The notes under the pieces are model-generated. The model saw nothing but the letters and a program-made list of their open reading frames with translations. It made no database searches and had not been told where the DNA came from. A stretch of 64,000 nt of DNA from Macrostomum lignano (Eukaryota): positions 1 through 64,000 of the forward strand of contig NIVC01003432.1 of the NCBI GenBank assembly GCA_002269645.1, in the 5' to 3' direction. Position 1 is the stretch's first letter; each line of letters begins with the position of its first letter. This document shows positions 39,165 through 54,243 of the stretch, piece by piece. The position numbers and the translations under genes are program-made.

Positions 39165-40875
39165 TGCCTCAGTATCCTTGAATCTGCCTCAGTATCCTTG
39201 AATCTGCCTCAGTATCCTTGAATCTGCCTCAGTATCCTTGAATCTGCCTCAGTATCCTTGAATCTGCCTTAGTATCCTTGAATCTGCCTTAGTATCCTTG
39301 AATCTGCCTCAGTATCCTTGAATCTGCCTCAGTATCCTTGAATCTGCCTTAGTATCCTTGAATCTGCCTTAGTATCCTTGAATCTGCCTTAGTATCCTTG
39401 AATCTGCCTCAGTATCCTTGAATCTGCCTCAGTATCCTTGAATCTGCCTCAGTATCCTTGAATCTGCCTCAGTATCCTTGAATCTGACTCAGTGTCCTTG
39501 AATATGCCTCTCTGATCCTTAAATCTGCCTCTCTGATCCTTGAATCTGCCTCTCTGATCCTCGAATCTGCCTCTCTGATCCTTAAATCTGCCTCTCTGAT
39601 CCTTGAATCTGCCTCTCTGATCTCTGAATCTGCCTCTCTGATCCTTAAATCTGCCTCTCTGATCCTTGAATCTGCCTCTCTGATCCTCGAATCTGCCTCT
39701 CTCTGATCCTTGAATCTGCCACAGTATCCTTGAATCTGCCTCAGTGTCCTTGAATCTGCCTCTCTGATCCTTGAATCTGCCACAGTATCCTTGAATCTGC
39801 CTCAGTGTCCTTGAATCTGCCTCAGTATCCTTGAATCTGCCTCAGTATCCTTGAATCTGCCTCAGTATCCTTGAATCTGACTCAGTGTCCTTGAATATGC
39901 CTCTCTGATCCTTAAATCTGCCTCTCTGATCCTTGAATCTGCCTCTCTGATCCTCGAATCTGCCTCTCTGATCCTTAAATCTGCCTCTCTGATCCTTGAA
40001 TCTGCCTCTCTGATCTCTGAATCTGCCTCTCTGATCCTTAAATCTGCCTCTCTGATCCTTGAATCTGCCTCTCTGATCCTCGAATCTGCCTCTCTCTGAT
40101 CCTTGAATCTGCCACAGTATCCTTGAATCTGCCTCAGTGTCCTTGAATCTGCCTCTCTGATCCTTGAATCTGCCACAGTATCCTTGAATCTGCCTCAGTG
40201 TCCTTGAATCTGCCTCAGTGTCCTTGAATCTGCCTCAGTATCCTTGAATCTGCCTCAGTATATTTGAATCTGCCTCAGTGTCCTTGAATCTGCCTCAGTA
40301 TCCTTGAATCTGCCTCAGTATCCTTGAATCTGCCTCAGTATCCTTGAATCTGCCTCATTATTCTTGAATCTGCCTCAGTATCCTTGAATCTGCCTCAGTA
40401 TCCTTGAATCTGGCTCAGTATCCTTGAATCTGGCCCAGTGTCCTTGAATCTGGCTCAGTATATTTGAATCTGCCTCAGTATCCTTGAATCTGCCTCAGTA
40501 TCCTTGAATCTGCCTCAGTGTCCTTGAATCTGCCTCAGTATCCTTGAATCTGGCTCAGTATCCTTGAATCTGACTCAGTATCCTTGAATCTGCTTCAGTG
40601 TCCTTGAATCTGCCTCACTGATCCTTGAATCTGCCCCACTGATCCTTGAATCTGCCCCACTGATCCTTGAATCTGCCCCACCGATCCTTGAATCTGCCTC
40701 ACTGATCCTTGAATCTGCCTGTGTCTTTAAATCTGCTTCAGTGGCCTTGAATCTGGCTCAGTCTCCTTGAATCTGGCTCAGTATCCTTGAATCTGCCTCA
40801 GTGTCCTTGAATCTGGCTCAGTATCCTTGAATCTGCCTCAGTATCCTTGAATCTGCCTCTGATAATTAAATCTGC
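39165..40875 (-). repeat. 20/21-bp family array (TCAGTATCCTTGAATCTGCC)n, reverse complement of the 20.7-23.4 kb arrays; includes a 393-bp internal duplication
   Basis: Same unit on the opposite strand. Identical track ORFs 39469..39783 and 39862..40176 are offset by 393. Confidence 0.95.
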
Positions 40876-40920
40876 CGAATATTTTGTCTACTTCAGTTCC
40901 CAAAGAAATTAACTCCTCAC

Positions 40921-41192
40921 CTTAACGCTGATCGTCATGCTGGCAGTCCTGGGATCGGGCTGGTGACCATCGACAGCCCGAACCTCCAGACTGAAGACCT
41001 GTTGCCTCTCTGCATCCAAACTGCTGGCCAGCCGGATCTCTCCGCTGACTGAATCGATTCTGAACGGCTGCTGCAGGGGTCGCCAACTGAGCGAAGACTG
41101 TAACGCAGTCTGCTCAGCTGGCCTTCCTGCTCGTCTGGGTCCGTGGCTCGAACCCTGTACACCACTGAGTTCACGGTGGCGTTTTCCGGGAT
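40921..41192 (-). CDS. Protocadherin-like gene exon 2: EC3, with a 1-nt frameshift
   Basis: Acceptor ccacag|ATC at 41193/41192 and donor AAG|gtgagg at 40921/40920. IPENATVN..ATDPDEQEG..LRYSL reads in one frame and QQPFRIDSVSGEIRLASSLDAERQQVFSLEVRAVDG..TASMTISVK in another. Length is 272 nt, one short of 273. Confidence 0.88.
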
Positions 41193-41244
41193 CTGTGGCC
41201 GGATTGGGATATGAGAGACGCTATTAGGGTGGGAAATTTTCAAC

Positions 41245-41980
41245 TACACCCTCCTCACTTGCACTCTCCTCACCTGCACCTCGAAGTCGGCACCCTCCTC
41301 ACCTGCACCCTTCTAACCTGAACCCTCCTCACCTGCACCCTCCTCACCTGCACCCTCCTCACCTGCACCCTCCTCACCTGCACCCTCCTCACCTGCACCC
41401 TCCTCACCTGCACTCTCCTCACCTGCACCCTTCTCACCTGCACCCTCCTCACCTGCACCCTCCTCACCTGCACCCTCCACACCTGAACCCTCCTCACCTG
41501 CACCCTCCTCACCTGCACTCTCCTCACCTGCACCCTCCTCACCTGCACCCTCCTCACCTGCACCCTCCACACCTGAACCCTCCTCACCTGCACCCTCCTC
41601 ACCTGCACTCTCCTCACCTGCACCCTCCTCACCTGCACCCTCCTCACCTGCACCCTCCTCACCTGAACCCTCCTCACCTGAACCCTCCTCACCTGCACCC
41701 TCCTCACCTGCACCCTTCTCACCTGCACCCTCCTCACCTGCACCCCGAAGTCGGCACCCTCCTCACCTGCACCCTTCTCACCTGCACCCTCCACACCTGA
41801 ACCCTCCTCACCTGCACCCTCCTCACCTGCACCCTCCTCACCTGCACCCTCCTCACCTGCACCCTCCTCACCTGCACCCTCCTCACCTGAACCCTCCTCA
41901 CCTGAACCCTCCTCACCTGCACCCTCCTCACCTGCACCCTTCTCACCTGCACCCTCCTCACCTGCACCCCGAAGTCGGCA
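41245..41980. repeat. 15-bp minisatellite (CTCCTCACCTGCACC)n with three CGAAGTCGGCAC interruptions
   Basis: Directly visible. Confidence 0.95.
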
Positions 41981-42559
41981 CGCACACAAATATTGTTATA
42001 AATACATATAAAGACATATAAACTTTATAAAAGAGCAATTAAACTTTTTTAAATGCGATTTAATTAACAAAAAAATTGCTCTCAGTTGGACACCTAGAGC
42101 CGGATGCAAAATAGCAGAACTAACAATTTGATGTTAAAAGTTTTCTTCTATTTTCTCTTGACATTGACTACGAGTGGAGCAGCTTCAACACTCCATTCGG
42201 GTGTGAGAAGCATTAGGCTCAGCTCTTTTCTCTTATGCCCTTATCTTCCTCCGGCTGACTCTCGCGAAAAAGGTCATTCAAAACGACACTCGACCGTAAC
42301 TTGACACTTGGCCCTAAAACTGACGCGCGCATCGTGCCAAAAAACTTATTTTATTATTTCGTCACCTCATCTGTATGGAGCAAGTGTTTAGCCTTGGCTA
42401 CAGGTGATTTTCCTATCTAACAGGGTGAGTTTAATGGTTATAAGAAGTCTAAGTGCGTCTGAGTTCTCCCACACTTCCTTTCTGCAGCTAATTGTTGCTG
42501 TCGGAACTGAATCTCTGATTTTCATTGGTGATAACTGTCTCTGCAAACCAATCTCTCCG

Positions 42560-43140
42560 ACTCTCCATCTCCCTCTCTCCCTCTTCCTCTCCTTATATCC
42601 ATGTCTCCCCATCTCCCCGTCTTCCTCTCCCTGTCTACCTATCTCCCTGTCTCCCTCTCCCTGTCTGTCTGTCTGTCTCCCTGTCTCCCTGTATCTTCTC
42701 TTCCTCTCTCCCTCTCTCCCTCTCTCCCTCTCTCCCTCTCTCCCTCTCTCCCTCTCTCCCTCTCTCCCTCTCTCCCTCTCTCCCTCTCTCCTCTCTCCCT
42801 CTCTCCCTCTCTCCCTGTCTCTCTGTCTCCCTCTCTCCCTCTCTCCCTCTCTCCCTCTCTCCCTGTCTCTCTGTCTCCCTCTCTCCCTGTCTCCCTGTCT
42901 CCCTCTCTCCCTCTCCCTCTCTTCCTCTCTCCCTCTCTCCCTCTCTCCCTGTCTCCCTGTCTCCCTGTCTCCCTCTCCCTGTCTGCCTGTCTCCCTGTCT
43001 CTCTGTCTCTTCTCTTCCTGTCTCCCTCTCTCCTTCTCTCCCTCTCTCCCTCTCTCCCTCTCCCTGTCTCCCTGTCTCCCTGTCTTCCTCTCACCCCTCT
43101 CCCTCTATCCCTCTTTCTCTGTCTGCCACTCTCCTTCTCC
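42560..43140. repeat. (CTCTCTCC/CTGTCTCC)n 8-bp array
   Basis: Directly visible. Confidence 0.9.
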
Positions 43141-43161
43141 CCCTCCAGCCCAGCCTCTCAC

Positions 43162-43989
43162 CGACAGCGGAACCAGCCGCCTCCCATTCTCAAACTGTGG
43201 CTCAAAATCGTTGGTGTTCTCCACTGCCAGTCGCACTGTGAGATTCGAATGCAGCCTCCTCGGCTCGCCCTCATCGCTGGCCTGGACCGTCAGCTCAATG
43301 ATCCTGACTCCGCGCTCTTCGCCCTCCAGATCGATGTCGCCGACCACCCTCAGCTCCGGCGTGCCTTCGTCTCCATTGACCAGCGAGAACTTTGAGTACG
43401 GGCTGGAGTACCGCAGGCCGTCAGGGAAACTGTAAGTCACGGAGCCGTTCCGCCCCGCATCCGGGTCCGTGGCTCTGGGCAGCAGGACCCTGGCCTGCCT
43501 GTCGTGCTCCCGAATCAAAGAATGAAACACGCCGCGACTGCTCAAGGTTAAAAACTCTGGCGGATTATCGTTGATATCCTCGATTAGCACCTGCACGTTG
43601 ATCAGCCGCATCCCGGCGGCGTCTTTTGGATTCGGCTGGAACATCGCCGTCACCTCAACTTGACAAACTCGATTAGGATTGGTTCGACAGCCTCTGATTG
43701 ATTCTCTGTCGATTGGCTGGTTGACAACCAGCAGGCCGGTGCTGCGGTGCAGCTCGAACAGGTTCGCTGCCGGGTCACTTGACTGCTGCTCGATCAGCTG
43801 GTAGAGTCCAGTTGAAGATGCCGGAGGTGGTGACTGGACTCTCAGGTTGCAGACTAGGCTGCCCTTCGGCTGCTCCTCAACCACCGAACAGCGAGCCTGC
43901 TCGCTTGAGCATCTTATTGAATGAGGCCGGAGAAGCAGTAGAAGCAGCAATAGCGGAAACTGGTAGAGATGAGGCAAGAAAACTGACAT
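43162..43989 (-). CDS. Protocadherin-like gene exon 1: signal peptide, EC1, EC2
   Basis: ATG at 43989 followed by a Leu-rich signal peptide. Cadherin motifs VEEQP, DRE, DINDNPP, ATDPDAGRNG and NTNDFEP. Donor TCG|gtgaga at 43162/43161, phase 0. Confidence 0.93.
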
Positions 43990-44121
43990 TTGACTTCTGT
44001 GTGAAACAGTCTCTGATTGAGTCTCACAGTACTTATGGCTGGCCTTAGAACAACTGCAATATGGATTAAAGGGGATGAGGATATTAGCTTGATACTTGCT
44101 GCAATCCAGAGTTTAACTTTA

Positions 44122-46259
44122 TCCCATCCCACACTCTATCCCACACTCTATCATCCCACACTATCATCTCACACTCTATCATCTCACACTCTATCCCACA
44201 CTGTATCTTACACTCATCCCACACTCTATCATCCCACACTCTATCATCCCACACTCTATCCCACACTCTATCATCCCACACTCTATCATCTCACACTCTA
44301 TCATCTCACACTCTATCCCACACTGTATCTTACACTCATCCCACACTCTATCATCCCACACTCTATCATCCCACACTCTATCCCACACTCTATCATCCCA
44401 CACTCTATCATCCCACACTCTATCCCACACTCGATCATCCCACACTCTATCCCACACTCTATCATCCCACACTCTATCATCTCACACTCTATCCCACACT
44501 GTATCTTACACTCATCCCACACTCTATCCCACACTATATCCCACACTCTATCATCCCACACTCTATCATCCCACACTCTATCCCACACTCTATCATCCCA
44601 CACTCTATCCCACACTCTATCATCCCACACTCTATCCCACACTCTATCATCCCACACTCTATCATCCCACACTCTATCATCCCACACTCTATCCCACACT
44701 CGATCATCCCACACTCTATCCCACACTCTATCATCCCACACTCTATCATCTCACACTCTATCCCACACTGTATCTTACACTCATCCCACACTCTATCCCA
44801 CACTATATCCCACACTCTATCATCCCACACTCTATCATCCCACACTCTATCCCACACTCTATCATCCCACACTCTATCCCACACTCTATCATCCCACACT
44901 CTATCATCTCACACTCTATCCCACACTGTATCTTACACTCATCTCACACTCTATCCCACACTATATCCCACACTCTATCATCCCACACTCTATCCCACAC
45001 TCTATCATCCCACACTCTATCCCACACTCTATCATCCCACACTCTATCCCACACTCTATCCCACACTCTATCATCCCACATTCTATCATCCCACACTCTA
45101 TCATCCCACACTCTATCATCCCACACTCTATCCCACACTCTATCATCCCACACTCTATCATCTCACACTCTATCATCCCACACTCTATCATCCCACACTC
45201 TATCATCCCACACTCTATCCCACACTCTATCATCCCACACTCTATCATCTCACACTCTATCCCACACTGTATCTTACACTCATCCCACACTCTATCCCAC
45301 ACTATATCCCACACTCTATCATCCCACACTCTATCCCACACTCTATCATCCCACACTCTATCATCCCACACTCTATCATCCCACACTCTATCATCCCACA
45401 CTCTATCATCCCACATTCTATCATCCCACACTCTATCATCCCACACTCTATCCCACACTCTATCATCCCACACTCTATCATCCCACACTCTATCATCCCA
45501 CACTCTATCCCACACTCTATCATCCCACACTCTATCATCCCACACTCTATCATCCCACACTCTATCCCACACTCTATCATCCCACACTCTATCATCTCAC
45601 ACTCTATCCCACACTGTATCTTACACTCTATCATCCCACACTCTATCCCACACTCTATCATCCCACACTCTATCATCCCACACTCTATCATCCCACACTC
45701 TATCATCCCACATTCTATCATCCCACACTCTATCCCACACTCTATCCCACACTCTATCCCACACTCTATCATCCCACACTCTATCCCACACTCTATCATC
45801 CCACACTCTATCCCACACTCTATCCCACACTCTATCATCCCACATTCTATCATCCCACACTCTATCATCCCACACTCTATCATCCCACACTCTATCCCAC
45901 ACTCTATCATCCCACACTCTATCATCTCACACTCTATCCCACACTGTATCATCCCACACTCTATCATCCCACACTCTATCATCCCACACTCTATCATCCC
46001 ACATTCTATCATCCCACACTCTATCATCCCACATTCTATCATCCCACACTCTATCATCCCCCACTCTATCCCACACTCTATCCCACACTCTATCCCACAC
46101 TCTATCATCCCACACTCTATCCCACACTCTATCATCCCACACTCTATCCCACACTCTATCATCCCACACTCTATCCCACACTCTATCATCCCACATTCTA
46201 TCATCCCACACTCTATCATCCCACACTCTATCATCCCACATTCTATCATCCCACACTCT
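44122..46259. repeat. 12/15-bp minisatellite (CCCACACTCTAT[CAT])n upstream of the protocadherin ATG
   Basis: Directly visible. Confidence 0.96.
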
Positions 46260-46607
46260 AAGCGGACTTTAACTTAAATTAATATGAATTAATGTGACAT
46301 TTCAACGGACGCTATCTGACAGCTTTTATCTGGCACAACCGCTCAAGTCTCTATCTAAGAAGCAAAAAATATTTTCAACTCAACATCTCTGCTTATGAAT
46401 CGCCAGCCCTGCAAAAAATGGAGAAAAATTGTACAAAAAAACCTGCCACCTCTTTTTTATTGACCTGTCGAATTTGATGTGGGCGCTCACGCGAGCGGCC
46501 TCTGCCCTTCATTGGGACGATTAAAAATGAGTAAAGCCTACAATGTGCAATTAGTGAATGAAATTCTCAAGGAAGACTGAAAACTCTCCCTCTAGCCAGC
46601 CAGAGAT

Positions 46608-46690
46608 TGACGTCAGCTGGAGGGCCTCGTATTTCTAAGAAATTATAGGACTTAAAAATATATAGTGAGAAGACTGAGAGACCGGGGCGG
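46608..46690. promoter_or_regulatory. Possible regulatory patch upstream of the protocadherin: CRE palindrome TGACGTCA (46608-46615) and GC box GGGGCGG (46684-46690)
   Basis: Motif matches only, in unique DNA about 2.6 kb upstream of the ATG. Confidence 0.2.
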
Positions 46691-46904
46691 TTGGGCGAAG
46701 TGAATTATTGATTTTGAGAGGCCCGCGAGAACTGAGTAGAACGGGGGAGCATTTCGCTACTCATTATTGGATGGAGACAGACGATTCGATTAAATTGGGA
46801 ATATTCGGTCTTTATAGAGGGAGTTAATTTTTTATGTCAAATTATTCCAGTGCTATCTCAGTCTCTGATGATGCCACAGTTCTTTTATTTTTTTCATAGT
46901 CTTC

Positions 46905-48430
46905 TACCAATCTGTCTCATATTCTACCAATCTGACTCATATTCTACCAATCTGTCTCATATTCTACTAATCTGACTCATATTCTACCAATCTGTCTCAT
47001 ATTCTACCAATCTGACTCATATTCTACCAATCTGTCTCATATTCTACCAATCTGTCTCATATTCTACTAATGTCTCATATTCTACCAATCTGTCTCATAT
47101 TCTACTAATCTGTCTCATATTCTACCAATCTGTCTCATATTCTACCAATCTGTCTCATATTCTACTAATGTCTCATATTCTACCAATCTGTCTCATATTC
47201 TACTAATCTGTCTCATATTCTACCAATCTGTCTCATATTCTACCAATCTGTCTCATATTCTACCAATCTGTCTCATATTCTACTAATCTGTCTCATATTC
47301 TACCAATCTGTCTCATATTCTACTAATCTGTCTCATATTCTACCAATCTGTCTCATATTCTACCAATCTGTCTCATATTCTACTAATGTCTCATATTCTA
47401 CCAATCTGTCTCATATTCTACTAATCTGTCTCATATTCTACCAATCTGTCTCATATTCTACCAATCTGTCTCATATTCTACCAATCTGTCTCATATTCTA
47501 CCAATCTGTCTCATATTCTACCAATCTGTCTCATATTCTACCAATCTGCCTCATATTCTACCAATCTGTCTCATATTCTACCAATCTGTCTCATATTCTA
47601 CCAATCTGTCTCATATTCTACCAATCTGCCTCGTATTCTACCAATCTGTCTCATATTCTACCAATCTGTCTCATATTCTACTAATCTGTCTCATATTCTA
47701 CCAATCTGCCTCATATTCTACCAATCTGTCTCATATTCTACCAATCTGTCTCATATTCTACCAATCTGTCTCATATTCTACCAATCTGTCTCATATTCTA
47801 CCAATCTGTCTCATATTCTACCAATCTGTCTCATATTCTACCAATCTGTCTCATATTCTACCAATCTGCCTCATATTCTACCAATCTGTCTCATATTCTA
47901 CCAATCTGTCTCATATTCTACCAATCTGCCTCATAATCTACCAATCTGCCTCATATTCTACCAATCTGTCTCATATTCTACCAATCTGTCTCATATTCTA
48001 CCAATCTGTCTCATATTCTACCAATCTGTCTCATATTCTACCAATCTGTCTCATATTCTACCAATCTGTCTCATATTCTACCAATCTGCCTCATATTCTA
48101 CTAGTCTAACTCATATTCTACCAATCTGCCTCATATTCTACCAATCTGCCTCATATTCTACCAATCTGTCTCATATTCTACCAATCTGCCTCATATTCTA
48201 CCAATCTGCCTCATATTCTACCAATCTATTCGAATACCTTCTACTTTTTCAAACCACATTCTACTATACCAATCTTCCTTCTACTACTCTACAAATCTAC
48301 CTTCTACTCTACAAATCTACCTTCTACTTTACTAATCTACCTTCCACTCAACCTATCTACCTTCTACTCTACCAATCTACAGTCTACTCTACCAATCTAC
48401 TTCTACTCTACTAATTTACTTTCTACTCTC
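46905..48430. repeat. 20-bp minisatellite (TCTACCAATCTGTCTCATAT)n with a degenerate tail
   Basis: Directly visible. Confidence 0.96.
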
Positions 48431-49077
48431 TCACAGTCTGCCTGCCACCTCACCCTAAGTCCCTCTCAAAATGTCATTCGCATTTTTTCATATCAAAGCG
48501 AATGCCAGAGAGGCCGTGCAGACGAAAACATTGCGTGTCTTGGAGGCAGAGACAGAGAGATGGAGAGAGAAATGCGCAGCCTTGCCAACTGACACTCAGT
48601 GCATTGAGTCAGCAGCGCTCCCAGACACCAGAGAGGGACTTTGAGCTTGTTAATCTAGTGCGGCACGATAGAGTATCATCAAAGTCAGGGCGCGGGCCCT
48701 TTATCGGTAAAAACAGACAGACAAGGGGAGTCGCTGTTTCCAAGCAGGCCTTGTTGCTGCTTCGGCCCCTTTGATGTTTTCTGGAGAGTGGAAAATGATG
48801 CTTGCAGTTGAATGCTTACTCGCTTCACTGATCAGTTTTATGGTTTAGTCTTGAAATAATCTCAAAAAACAGTATTTGGGATTAGCTCATTTTGAAGAAG
48901 CCAAATTTAATATAAAATCTTATCTGAATTAAAGAATAATGATTAGGCATGGAAAATATGAGAAAGTAGGACAATATGAGATGAAGAAGGAAGCTGAAAT
49001 GAGGCTCGACTTCTAGTATTGAAGAATATGATTAGAAAAGAAAAGAAGAGAGATTCGAGAAGAAGACAGTGGGTAGG

Positions 49078-49705
49078 AGAGAGTGAGAAGGAGAGGGAGG
49101 AGAGGGAGAGGGAGAAGGAGAGGGAGGAGAGGGAGAGGGAGAAGGAGAGGGAGGAGAGGGAGAGGGAGAAGGAGAGGCAGATCCGAGTAGGAGGCACAGT
49201 GAGGGTCAGGGAGAAGGAGAGGCAGATCCGAGTAGGAGGCACAGTGAGGGTCAGGGAGAAGGAGAGGCAGATCCGAGTAGGAGGCACAGTGAGGGTCAGG
49301 GAGAAGGAGAGGCAGAGTCGAGTAGGAGGCACAGTGAGGGTCAGGGAGAAGGAGAGGCAGAGTCGAGTAGGAGGCACAGTGAGGGTCAGGGAGAAGGAGA
49401 GGCAGATCCGAGTAGGAGGCACAGTGAGGGTCAGGGAGAAGGAGAGGCAGATCCGAGTAGGAGGCACAGTGAGGGTCAGGGAGAAGGAGAGGCAGAGTCG
49501 AGTAGGAGGCACAGTGAGGGTCAGGGAGAAGGAGAGGCAGAGTCGAGTAGGAGGCACAGTGAGGGTCAGGGAGAAGGAGAGGCAGATCCGAGTAGGAGGC
49601 ACAGTGAGGGTCAGGGAGAAGGAGAGGCAGATCCGAGTAGGAGGCACAGTGAGGGTCAGGGAGAAGGAGAGGCAGAGTCGAGTAGGAGGCACAGTGAGGG
49701 TCAGG
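49078..49705. repeat. GA-rich repeat grading into a 45-bp minisatellite (GGGAGAAGGAGAGGCAGATCCGAGTAGGAGGCACAGTGAGGGTCA)n
   Basis: Directly visible, about 12 copies. Confidence 0.95.
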
Positions 49706-50324
49706 CTGCAGTTGAGAAGACTCAGCGCAGCAAGTCGGAGTGAACGCCAAAAGTAACAGCAGCAGCAGCAGTGGCAACAGTCAGAGCCAGACAGGAAGCA
49801 ACAAAATTAACAAAAGAAAGAGAAAAAATGTGCATTTCTACGGTCCAAAATAGTTTTGGAGTAAAAATACGCTCGTACTAGCAATTTTGTTGCTATCAGG
49901 AGCTTTGATAGACATACATTCTGCATAACGTACTGAAGCCAGGGTTGATAATGTAGCCACTTCCTGTGCGAGTATGTTTCCAGTTATTGAAACTGAATAT
50001 AAATTAGTAACCATATAAGCTAAGGCTGGAGAAGATATGGTCTGTTTATTCTAAGCCCCTTGGCTGAAGTTTTGACTGGAATTATGCCAACTGTTTGTGT
50101 CATCTACATGTAGCAATGCAAAGTAATTAGAGCGAAATTCTATTTGAACCGCATGGCTAACATTGGTTTTCTATAGGCATTTCTAACCAGACTTATGCTT
50201 CTATAAATATTATTAGTCATTGCTGATTACTCAATATTTGTTTAGACAAAGTTGAATGCTTTAAGTTGCATCTGTGAGGCCTTAAGGAGTCATTTGTTGC
50301 TGGTTTGCCCAAATTTATACTCAG

Positions 50325-51325
50325 GATAGAGTCTATGACCGCTCTATGATCTTTTGGATAGAGGCTATGACCGCTCTATGACCTTTTGAATAGAGGCTAT
50401 GACCGCTTTATGATCTTTTAGATAGAGTCTATGACAGCTCTATGATCTTTTAGATTAAGTCTATGACAGCTCTATGATCTTTTAGATAGAGGCTATAACC
50501 GCTCTATGATCTTTTGGATAGAGTCTATGACAGCTCTATGATCTTTTAGATTGAGGCTATGACCACTCTATGATCTTTTGGATTGAGACTATGACCGCTC
50601 TATGATCTTTTAGATAGAGGCTATGACCGCTCTATGATCTTTTAGATTAAGTCTATGACAGCTCTATGATCTTTTGGATAGAGGCTATGACCGCTCTATG
50701 ATCTTTTAGATAGAGTCTATGACAGCTCTATGATCTTTTAGATTGAGGCTATGACCACTCTATGATCTTTTGGATTGAGACTATGACCGCTCTATGATCT
50801 TTTAGATAGAGGCTATGACCGCTCTATGATCTTTTAGATTAAGTCTATGACAGCTCTATGATCTTTTAGATAGAGGCTATGACCGCACTATGATCTTTTA
50901 GATTGAGTCTATGACAGCTCTATGATCTTTTGGATAGAGGCTAAGACCGCTCTATGATCTTTTAGATAGAGGCTATGACCGCTCTATGATCTTTTAGATT
51001 GAGTCTATGACAGCTCTATGATCTTTTGGATAGAGGCTATGACCGCTCTATGATCTTTTAGATATAGACTATTACCGCTCTTTTAGATAGAGGCTATGAC
51101 CGCTCTATGATCTTTTAGATAGAGGCTATGACCGCTCTATGATCTTTTAGATTGAGGCTATGACCACTCTATGATCTTTTGGATTGAGACTATGACCGCT
51201 CTATGATCTTTTAGATAGAGGCTAAGACCGTTCTATGATCTTTTAGATAGAGGCTATGACCGTTCTATGATCTTTTAGATAGGCTAAGACCGTTCTATGA
51301 TCTTTTTGATAGACTATGACCTATT
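50325..51325. repeat. 32-bp minisatellite (GATAGAGGCTATGACCGCTCTATGATCTTTTA)n
   Basis: Directly visible. Confidence 0.95.
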
Positions 51326-52502
51326 TCTACCATCTTATACTTAAGCTTGACCAATTTCTATCATTTAGACCGAGGCAGGACTACCTGACTTCAGACCTCT
51401 CAAATGTGAAAAAAGCAAAGAATGCAAAAAATGAAATTACTTACTGGAACCGTTGCTATCATTTAGTAGTTAAGCCGACAAATTCTTTTATAAAGCCGAG
51501 CCTTCTCTGTAATGACAAGCTGCTTTTAAGTTTTTTTTCTCTACTTTTCTGCCAGCTGGAAAACCTGTGTGAGGTCCTTAACTCCAAACCCTCACCAGGC
51601 GCGTCAGCGCATGTTTCAACTAGTGGTCAACGCTGATTGGCTGGGCTACGAACCAGCCAATGAGAGTCGACTAACTGTGTTATACAGATTTCAATGAATG
51701 ATAAGCGATGCCTCCAGTGTGTGGCCTGTCATGGAGTGTTCGATAAAAGTGTATGGACAAGAGCCGTTGATTGCTACTACAAAATACTGTTTGACCTAAA
51801 AAGCGAAATGCAACCAAAACTCTTGATTGTCTATGGTAAATCCATGGCGGATGGCGGGCACCCTGGCGCAACATACCTGCGCGCAAATACTGTACGCATT
51901 CACGCACTCACATACACGTTCACACAGTGTGTACATCGGTCCTGACTGTCTAATCGTCAGGCACGTACACTCCTGACTCTCGGTAGCTCTCTTGTGGTCG
52001 TGGCCAGAGAGTCAGACGCTTCCAAAGTTTCCTTTTCATATTAGGCAATTTTAGTACTCCCTGAACTACTATGCGACCTACAGCACAGCTTTGGTAGTAA
52101 CAGTGGCCAGTGCAATTAATAACTTTTGACTTCTATCTCTTCTGCAGAAGACAGCGAAGCAACATGCTGCGCCCCTGTCAGGGGCTTTGGTGGCCGACTT
52201 AAAATTTTTTTCAGTTCTGTTTCTATGTGTCGCCAAAAACTAAGTTTCTGCTTTCGCAAAACCGCGCGGTGACTTCTGGGGGGAGCCGGGGCACAGTGAG
52301 AGAGAAGAATGATTAGGGTGAGGATTTACTAAGCTTGCCTCCAGGCTGTTGGATGGCCCACCGGGGAGTGTGGAGACTGGGTAGGGTCGAGCCCCATAGA
52401 CAGACAGATGGCGGAATTCACATCGCTGCCCGTGACACGTCATAAATCAATCTAGGGGCGCTTGGTCGTGGCAAGCAGATGGGTACTGTTGAAAGATTCT
52501 CT

Positions 52503-53706
<1,204 letters not shown>

Positions 53707-54243
53707 CGATGGACGAATGAACAGCAGGAGCCACTGACCCTCTTAAAGTGAGTTTTTACTGCTCCCTCATTCGAGTTTCTTATTTTACTGCTTCCACAAG
53801 AGCTGCTTCGAGTTTCTGGCTGGAACATCAGGGCAGGCAAGTCAGTCCGCTAGTAAAAAATGATTCCGCAGACATTTTTGGCACAGATTTTTGTCCAGTT
53901 CGTCCCAACTCGCTTTTTTTTGCCTGGCTGGACGATGCAGAGAGGCGGGCGGGGGCAGCAAAGTGGGTGAAACTCGCCGCGCAGTTCGGCTTTTAGGGGG
54001 GGGTGGCAGAGATGCTTAGGGATGGCACACTGCACTGCAGCAATGGGATATTGACAATTAAGCCTGTGGCTTCGATTCTTTTCGCAATAATTTACGTCAG
54101 TAGCTTCCGCCGTTGCGGTATTGGCGCAATCTGCCGCTAGTGTGCATGTTTTTGCCATGTTTTCGTTAGTGGGAGTTGGAGATCAAAGTATGCGGTATCA
54201 TTTTGAAATTGTGTAAGCTTTTCCATTGGACTGTGCAGTGATA

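Noticed and set aside
49013-49777. ORF with a signal-peptide-like Leu run followed by 15-aa repeats
   Set aside because: It starts at TTG just after an in-frame stop, the Leu run is a (CAG)n tract, and the body is the 45-bp array.
49716-49853. Plus-strand frame EDSAQQVGVNAKSNSSSSS...KRKRKNVHFYGPK* that looks coding
   Set aside because: No convincing acceptor in the needed phase and no partner exons.
51636-51661. Inverted CCAAT pair ATTGGCTGG / CCAGCCAAT
   Set aside because: Only a 9-bp stem with no supporting context.
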